Below are positions 55,480 through 64,000 of a stretch of DNA of 64,000 nt, piece by piece. The position numbers and the translations under genes are program-made. Every line of letters starts with the position of its first letter. The first letter of the stretch is position 1. Source of the stretch: the human T2T-CHM13v2.0 reference genome, Homo sapiens; the NCBI RefSeq assembly GCF_009914755.1, contig NC_060927.1. One strand, given 5' to 3'. Below the pieces are notes generated by a model. It worked only from the letters and a program-made list of their open reading frames with translations, was not told the DNA's origin and made no database searches.

Positions 55480-55680
55480 GTTAACATTTTTATTGACATA
55501 TAAACTTTATGCAGAAAGTACAGAAATATTAAACGGCTTTATGAATTTTTTACCAGCCAAATACATGTTTATAAGCAGGAGCAATTTAAGGAGAAGAACA
55601 TTGCTAATATATGAGAACTCTGTTAATGCCTACTTTCAGTAACTAAACTCCATAGAAGTTTAACCATGATACTAATTTTC
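55480..55680 (-). mobile_element. L1ME/MD-like 3' end (host; continues 62004-~63950)
   Basis: TTTTATTGACATATAA..GCAGAAAGTACA...AACCATGATACTAATTTTC continues after the L1PA7 as ...AACATCATAGATTGATTT. Confidence 0.65.
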
Positions 55681-57035
55681 TTTTTTTTTTTAATTATACT
55701 TGAAGTTCTGGGATACATGTGCAGCATGTGCAGGTTTGTTACATAAGTATATACATATGCCATGATGGTTTGCTGCACTTATCAACCTGCCATCTACATT
55801 AGGTATTTCACCTAATGCTATCCCTCCCCAAGCCCTCCACCCGCTAACAGGCCCTGGTGTGTAATGTTCCCCTCCCTGTGTCCATGTGTTCTCATTGTTC
55901 AACTCCGACTTATGAGTGAAAACATGCAGTGTTTGGTTTTCTATTCCTGTGTAGTTTGCTGAAAATGATGGTTTCTAGCTCCATCCGTGTTCCTGCAAAG
56001 GACACGAACTCATCCTTTTCTATGGCCGCGTAGTATTCCATGATGTATATGTGCCACATTTTCATTATCCAGTCTATCATTAATGGGCATTTGGGTTGGT
56101 TCCAAGTCTTTGCTATTGTGAATAGTGCTGCAGTAAACATATTTATGTATGTGTCTTTATAGTAGAATGATTTATAATCCTTTGGATGTATACCCAGTAA
56201 TGAGATTGCTGGATCAAATGGTATTTCTGGTTCAAGATCCTTGAGAAATCTCCGCACTGTCTTCCACAATGGTGGAACTAATTTACACTCCAACTAACAG
56301 AGTAAAAGCATTCCTATTTCTCCACATCCTCTCCAGCATCTGTTGTCTCCTGGCTTTTTAATGATTGCCATTCTAACTGGCAAGAGATGGTATCGCATTT
56401 CAGTTTTGATTTGCATTTCTCTAATGACCAGTAAAGATCAGCTTTTTTTTTTTTTTCATGTTTCTTGGCCACATAAATGTCTTCTTTTGAGAAGTGTCTG
56501 TTCATATCCTTCACCCACTTCTTGATGGAGTTATTTGTTTTTTTCTTGTAAATTTAATTTCCTTGTAAATTCTGGATATTAACCCTTTATGAGATAGATA
56601 GATTGCAAAAATTTTCTCCCATTCTGTAGGTTGCCTGTTCACTCTGATGGTAGTTTCTTTTGCTGTGCAGAAGCCATTTAGTTTAGTTAGATCCCGTTTG
56701 TCAGTTTTGATTTTTTGTTGCCATTGATCTTGGTGTTTTAGTCATGAAGTCTTTGCCCATGTCTATGTCCTAAATGGTATTGCCTAGGTTTTCTTCCAGG
56801 GATTTTATGGCTTTAGGTCTTACATTTAAGACTTTAATCCATTTTGCGTTAGTTTTTGTATAAGGTGTAAGAAAGGGTGCAGTTTCAGTTTTCTGCATAT
56901 GGTTAGCCAGTTTTCCCAACACCATTTATTAAATAGGGAATCCTTTCTCCATTGCTTGTTTTTGTCAGATTTGTCAAAGATCAGATGGTTATAGATGTGT
57001 GGTGTTATTTCTGAGGTCTCTGTTCTGTTCCACTG

Positions 57036-57111
<76 letters not shown>

Positions 57112-57121
57112 GATGTGTGTG

Positions 57122-57175
<54 letters not shown>

Positions 57176-60100
57176 GGTACCAGTACCATGCTATTTTAGT
57201 TACTGTAGCCTTGTTATATAGTTTGAAGTCAGGTAGCGTGATGCCTCCAGCTTTGTTCTTTTTGCCTAGAATTGTCTTTGCTACACAGGCTCTTCTATTA
57301 GTTCCGTATGAAATTTAAAGTAGTTTTTTCTAATTCAGTGAAGAAAGTCAATGGTAGCTTGATGGGGATAGCATTGAATCTATAAATTACTTTGGGCAGT
57401 ATGGCCATCTTCACAATATTAATTCTTCTTATCCATGAGCATGGAATGTTTTTCCATTTGTTTGTGTCTTCTCTTATTTCCTTGAGCAGTGGCTTATGAT
57501 TCTCCTTGAAGAGATCCTTCACATCCCTTGTAAGTTGTATTCCTAGGTATTTTATTCTCTTTGTAGCAATTGTGAATGAGAGCTCACTCATGATTTGGCT
57601 CTCTATTATTGGTGCATAGGAATGCTTGTGATTGTTGCACATTGATTTTGTATCCTGAGAGTTTGCTGAAGTTGCTTATCAGCTTAAGGAGATTTGGGGC
57701 TAAGACGATGGGGTTTTCTAAATATACAATCATGTCATCTGCAAACAGAGACAATTTGACTTCCTCTCTTCCTATTGAATACCCTTTATTTCTTTCTCTT
57801 GCCTGATTTCCCTGGCCAGGACTTCCAATACTCTGTTGAATAGGAGTGGTGAGAGACAGCATCCTTGTCTTGTGCTGGTTTTCAAAGAGAATGCTTCCAT
57901 CTTTTGCCCATTCCATATGATATTGGCTGTGGGTTTATCATAAATACCTCTTATTATTTTGAGATATGTTCCGTCAATGCCTGTTTATGAGTTTTATTTT
58001 ACTGAGTGTTTTTGCATGAAGTGGTGTTGAATTTTATCAAAGGCCTTTTCTGCATCTATTGAGACAATCATGTGGTTTTTGTCATTGGTTCTGTTTACAT
58101 GATGAATTATGTTTATTGATTTGTGTATGTTGATCCAGCCTTGTATCCTAGGGATGAAGCTGACTTGATTGTGGTGGATAAGCTGATGTGCTACTGGATT
58201 CAGTTTGCCAGCATTTTATTGAGGATTTTCACAACAATGTTCATCAGCAATATTGGCCTGAAATTTTGTTGTTTTGTTTTGTCTCTGCCAGGTTTTGGTA
58301 TCAGGATGATGCTCGCATCATAAAATGAGTTAGGGAGAAGTCCCCCTTTTTCTATTGTTTGGAATAGTTTCAGAAGGAATGGTACCAGCTCCTCTTTTTA
58401 CCTCTGGTAGAATTTGGCTGTGAATCCATCTAGTCCTGGACTTTTTTTTGGTTGGTAGGCTATTAATTACTGTCTCAATTTCAGAACTTGTTATTGGTCT
58501 ATTCAGGGATTCGACTTCTTCCTGGTTTAGTCTTGGGGGGGCGTATGTGTCCAGGAATTTATCAATTTCTTCTAGATTTTCTAGTTTATTTGCAAAGAAA
58601 TGTTTATAGTATTCTCTGATGGTAGTTTGTATTTCTGTGGGATCAGTGGTGATATCGCCTTTATCATTTTTTAATGTGTCTTTTTGATTCTTCTCTCTTT
58701 TCTTCTTTATTAGTCTGGCTAGTGTTCTATCTATTTTGTTAATATTTTCAAAAAAAAAACAAGCTCCTGGATTTATTGATTTTTTAAGGGTTTTTTTGTG
58801 TCTCTATCTCCTTCAATTCTGCCCTGATCTTAGTTATTTACTGTCTTCTGCTAGCTTTTGAATTTGTTTGCTGTTGCTTCTATGGTTCTTTTAACTGTGA
58901 TGTAATGGTGTCAATTTCAGATCCTTCCTGCTTTCTCATGGGGGCATTTAGAGCTAAAAATTTCCCTCTAAACACTGCTTTAGCTATCTCCCAGAGATTC
59001 TGGTACGTTGTGTCTTTGTTCTCTTTGGTTTCAAAGAACTTATTTATTTCTGCCTTAATTTCATTATTTACCCAGTAGTCATTCAGGGGCGGGTTGTTCA
59101 GTTTCCATGTAGTTCTGGGTTTTTGAGAGAATTTCTTAATCCTGAGTTCTAATTTGATTGCACTGTGGTCTGAGAGACTGTTTGTTATGATTTCCGTTCT
59201 TCTGCATTTGCTGACGAGTGTTTTACTTTCAATTATATAGTCAATTTTAGAATAAGTGTGATGTGGTGCTGAGAAGAATGTATATTTTGTTGATTTGGGG
59301 TGGAGAGTTCTTAGATTCTATTAGGTCTGCTTGGTCCAGAGCTGAGTTCAAGTCCTGAATATCCTTGTAAATTTTCTGTCTCATTGATCTGTCTAATATT
59401 GACAGTGGGGTGTTAAAGTCTCCCGCTATTATTGTGTGGAAGTCTAAGTCTCTTTGTAGGGCTCTAAAAACTTGCTTTATGAATCTGGGTGCTCCTGTAT
59501 TGGGTGCATATATATTTAGGATAGTTAGCTTTTCTTGTTGTATTGATGCCTTTACCATTATGTAATGCCCTTCTTTGTCTTTTTTTTAAATTTTTGTTGT
59601 TTTAAAGTCTGTTTTATCAGAGACTAGGATTGCAACCCCCTTTTTTTTTTTTTTGGTTTCCATTTTAAATTTTCTTCCATCACTTCGTTTAGAGCCTGTA
59701 TGTGTCTTTGCATGTGAGATGGGTCTCCTGAATACAGCACACCAATGGGTCTTGACTCTTTATCCAATTTGCCAGTCTGTGTCTTTTAATTGAGGCATTT
59801 AGCCCATTTATATTTAAGGTTAATATTGTTATGTGTGATTTTGATCCTGTCATTATGATCCTAACAGGTTATTTTGCCTGTTAGTTGATGCAATTTCTTC
59901 ATAGTGTCTACGGTCTTTACATTTTGGTATGTTTTTGCAGTGGCTGGTACTGGTTTTTCCTTTCCATATTTAGTGCTTTCTTCAGGAGCTCTTGTAAGAC
60001 AGGCCTGGTGGTGATGAAGTCCCTCAGCATTTACTTGACTGTAAAGGATTTTATTTCTCCTTCACTTAAGAGGCTTAGTTTGACTGGATATGAAATTCTG

Positions 60101-62003
60101 GGTTGAAAATTATTTTCTTTAAGAATGTTGAATTTTGGCCCTCACTGTCTTCTGGCTTGTAGGATTTCTGCAGAGAGATCCGCTGTCAGTCTGATGGTCT
60201 TCCCTTTGTGGGTAACCCAACCTTTCTCTCTGGCTACCCTTAACATTTTTTCCTTCATTTCAACTGTGGTGAATCTGATTATTATGTGTCTTGAGATTGC
60301 TCTTCTCAAGGAGTATCTTTTTGGTGTTTTCTGTATTTCCTGAATTTGAATGTTGGCCTGTCCTGCTAGGTTGGGGAATTCATCCTGGATGATATCCTGA
60401 ATTGTGTTTTCCAACTTGGTCCCATTCTTCCTGTCACTTTCAGGTATGCCAATCACACATATGTTTGGTCTTTTCACATAGTGCCATATTTCTTGGAGAC
60501 TTTGTTCGTACCTTTTATTTTTTTTTCTCTAATCTTGTCTTCATGCCTCATTTCATTAAGTTGATCTTCAGTCTCCGATATCCTTTCTTCCACTTGATTG
60601 ATTCAGCTATTGATACTTATGCATGCATTATGAAGTTCTCATGCTGTGTTTTTCAGCTCCATCTGGTCATTTGTGTTCTTCTTTAAACTGGTTATTCTAG
60701 TTAAACGTTCCTGTAACCTTTTATCAAGGCTCTTTGCTTCCTTGCATTGGCTTAGAACATGCTCCTTTAGCTTGGAGGAGTTTGTTATTACCCACCTTCT
60801 GAAGTCTACTTCTGTCAATTTGTCAAACTTATTCTCTGTCCAGTTTTGTTCCCTTGCTAGTGAGGAGTTGTGATCCTTTGGAGGAGAAGAGGCATTCTGG
60901 TTTTTGGAATTTTCAACCTTTTTGCACTGGTTTTTCCTCATCTTCATGAATTTATCTACCTTTGGTCTTTGATGTTGGTGACCCTCGGATGGGGTTTTTG
61001 CATGGATGTCCTTTTTGTTGATGTTGATGCTATTGCTTTCTGTTTGCTAATTTTCCTTCTAACAGGCCCCTCTTCTGCAGGTCTGCTGGAGTTTGCTGGA
61101 GGTCCACTCCAGAACCTATTTGCCTGTGTATCACCAGTAGAGGCTGCAGAATAGCAAAGATTGCTACCTGCTCCTTCCTCTGGAAGTTTTGTCCCAGAGG
61201 GGCACCTGTCAGATGCCAGCTGGAGCTCTCCTGTATGAGGTGACTGTCAACCCTTGCTGGGAGGTGTCTCCTAGTCAGGAAGCACGGGGGTCAGAGACCC
61301 ACTTGAGGAGACAGTCTGTCCCTTAGCAGAGCTTGAATGAAGTGCTGGGAGATCTGCTGCTCTCTTCAGAGCTGGCAGGCAGGAATGTTTAACTCTATTG
61401 AAGCTACGCCTACAGCCACCCCTTCCCCCAAGTGTTCTGTCCCAGGGAGAATGGAGTTTTATCTATAAGCCCCTGACTGGGGCTGCTGCCTTTCTTTCAG
61501 CAATGCCCTGCCCAGAGACATGGAATCTAGAGAAGCAGTCTGGCTATAGTGGATTTGTGGTGCTACAGTGGGCTCCACCCAGTCTGACCTTCCTAGTGGT
61601 TTTGCTTACACTGTGAGGGGAAAACCAACTACTGAAGCCTCAGTAATGGCAGATGCCCCTCCCCTCCCAAGCTCAAGCATCCTAAGTCGACTTCAGACTG
61701 CTGTGCTGGCAGTGAGAATTTCAAGCCAGTAGATCTTAGCTTGCTGGGCTATGTAGGGGTGGGATCCACTGAGCTAGACTATTTGGTTCCCTCCTGGCTT
61801 CAGCCCCCTTTCCATGGGAGTGAATGGTTCTGTCTCACTGGTGTTCCAGGTGCCACTGGGGTACAAAACAAACTCCTGCAGCTATCTCGGTGTCTGCCCA
61901 AATGGCCACCAGTTTTGTGCTTGGAATCCAGGGCCCTGTTGGTGTAGGCACCCGAGGGAATCTCATGGTCTGTGGGTTGCAAGGACCATGGGAAAAGAGC
62001 AGT
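55681..62003 (-). mobile_element. Near-full-length L1PA7-like element (6.3 kb), ORF1/ORF2 disrupted, extreme 5' end missing
   Basis: Poly(T) at 55681 and an L1PA7-type 3'UTR. ORF2 pieces: [11 protein letters not shown] (57584-57916) and endonuclease (59247-59558). ORF1 pieces: 60142-60477 and 60639-60947. 5'UTR to 62003. Perfect 18-bp TSD ACCATGATACTAATTTTC at 55663-55680 and 62004-62021. Confidence 0.96.
57039..57171. repeat. Compound microsatellite (TA)20(CA)13...(TG)~21 within L1 ORF2
   Basis: Direct reading. Confidence 0.95.
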
Positions 62004-62021
62004 ACCATGATACTAATTTTC

Positions 62022-63950
62022 AACATCATAGATTGATTTCTGCTGTTTTTTAAATTATATAAATTATACAATATATTATTTACCCTTTTATATTTATATT
62101 CTTTCATTTGTGTTGACTTTAGTCCCAGTTCTTTCATTGTTGTCACTATATTCTATTCAATGTATGCAACAAATTTATTGTCAATAAAATGGATAATAGA
62201 TCTTTGTCTTTTGGAGGGGTTTATTTTAATAGAGTTTCTGTGCATGTACCTGTACATGATTTATTGTGCATTTATGTAGATATATGTTGAAAAGAGAAAT
62301 AAAATTGCAGACTAATGGAATATAAATATGTATAAATATACAGATGTATCTATCTATCGAGAGATGATTGATAGATAGATAGATAGATTCTGCTCTATTT
62401 GATACTAAAATGGTTTACAGAATTGTTGACATAAACTTGCATTTCCAGCATTAGTATATAAGCAAGGGTTGCAGTTACTTTACATCTTTTCAAACATTTT
62501 ATATTGTTTGTCTTTTTTTTTCTACTTTTGCCATTCCTGTGCGTGTATAGTGGTTTTAGATTATGGATTTAATTTAAATTTTCAAATGAAACTCAGTAAC
62601 TTTTCATTTGAATATCCTTTTTTATGAAATACCAATATTTTCAAAGGATTCTCTTTCTCATGCTTATTAGAATTTCATTACATATTATGGATATGAGTCA
62701 TGTATTGAATATATATAAAAAAATTTTTTCCCACATCATGGTTTTTTAAATGTCTTAATGCTGTATGTTATATATAATCCAATTTATGTTTTTATCTCCT
62801 TTGTGATTACTGCTGTTAGTATTCAGTTTGAGAAATCTCTGTATACCTCACAGCCATTAAGTTGATTTTTTTATTTTCTTCTAAAACTTATTATTTTACC
62901 TTACTTAATTAGCTCAAAATTCACCTGAAAAATAGTGTTTTTCATTGTTTAACTTAGGGTCAAGTGTATTTTCTTTTCACATATTGACACAAAATTGAGC
63001 CTCTGTAACATACGCAGAAGACTATCTTTTCTCTACTGTTCCTCTTTTTAATAAAACACATGACATAAAATTTGTAATTCTGTTTTGAGTTTCCTCTTCT
63101 GTTCCACCAGTCAATTTATCTTTCATTATGCTGATACCATAGCATCTTTTTTTTATAGTAACTCTTGATAAGATAGCTAGAGTTCAAGAGCTTTGTTGAT
63201 CTTCAATATCAGCTTGGTTGCTATCAGCCCTTTACATTTTTATTAAAAAATTAAATAAACCTCTTATTGTCTATGAAAAACCTGGCTGAGATTTTGCTAG
63301 GGGTGTACTAAATCTGTAGAATAATTTGGAGAAAATTGACATCATTATAATCTTGAGTGTTCCAACCCATGAACATTTTGTATTTCTTCATTTATTTAAA
63401 TATTTCATTTTATTATTTTTATTATTTTTTTACCTTTAACATAGAGGTTGTATGGGTTGTATGATATATTTACTCATAGATATTTGATTTTTTTTGACCA
63501 TGGTACTTTTTTTTTTTTTTTGTATTTTCTGGTGGCCAGGTACAGTGGTGTATTCCTGTCATCTCAGCTAGTTGTGAGGCTGAGGTGGGAGGACTGCATA
63601 AGCACAGGACTTTAAGGCCAACCTGGGCAACATAGCAAAACACTGTGTCTAAAATTTTTATTTTCTATTTGTTCATTGCTGGTGTTTAAAAGCTGGAAGC
63701 AATCTTTGTATATTGACCTTGTATTAACAACTTTATTAAATTCATATGTTCCATATTACAAATCTCAGAAGATATGTTTAAATTTAACCCATCTGCATGA
63801 TAAATTATGTAGATTTTCTGTACTTAATAGATTGAAGAAGATCTCTTACCAGTTTGCTAAATGCTGTTGTAATTATTATTTGCTAAATTTTACTATATGC
63901 TTTTCCTGTATTTTTTCTGAATAGTTTAATTTTTGAATGTTAAACCATTA
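62022..63950 (-). mobile_element. Ancient L1M host continuing (3'UTR into ORF2)
   Basis: Degenerate antisense ORF2 motifs (AAATCTGTAGAATAATTTGGAGAAAATTGACATC; TTTGTATATTGACCTTGTAT). Confidence 0.7.
63534..63654 (+). mobile_element. FLAM/free Alu monomer, old
   Basis: GGCCAGGTACAGTGGTG..CCTGT.ATCTCAGCTA..GAGGCTGAGGTGGGAGGA..CCTGGGCAACATAGCAA..GTCTAAAA. Confidence 0.8.
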
Positions 63951-64000
63951 GATTCTTTTTTTTTTTGTCTTAAGTCTGTTCATGATACTAAAACAAAATA

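Noticed and set aside
56826-57318. ORFs with [12 protein letters not shown] runs
   Set aside because: Translations of the dinucleotide microsatellite within L1.
62345-62390. Short (TATC)/(GATA) inverted microsatellite
   Set aside because: Too short and common to be informative.

Overview
This is primate (human/ape-like) AT-rich intergenic or deep-intronic DNA made almost entirely of transposable-element fossils. I found no host protein-coding exon, RNA gene, CRISPR array or prokaryotic system. The recognisable ORFs in the track come from L1, HERV-L, Alu, MER52, MaLR or microsatellite sequence. Contents: a near-full-length L1PA7-like element with an 18-bp TSD, several older L1PA/L1PB/L1MA/L1M pieces (two with twin-priming inversions), five AluY-type insertions with TSDs, a FLAM, a MER52 solo LTR, an MSTA internal segment plus LTR, an internally deleted HERV-L/MLT2A provirus, THE1/MLT1 LTRs, MER5, L2 and MIR. 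Four things are not explained by repeat annotation: (1) a 1.5-kb TSD-flanked, polyadenylated retrocopy of what looks like an mRNA 3'UTR (11840-13320); (2) a 1.8-kb AT-rich rearrangement knot (31144-32921) with inverted, direct and distant templated copies of different ages around a 34-bp VNTR; (3) a second templated capture inside a TA tract (22162-22238); (4) a perfect 37-bp-arm hairpin inside an ancient MLT1 LTR (53637-53719), a candidate template-switch-born pre-miRNA. Subfamily names come from remembered consensus sequences and need RepeatMasker/Dfam confirmation; boundaries of old elements are approximate.
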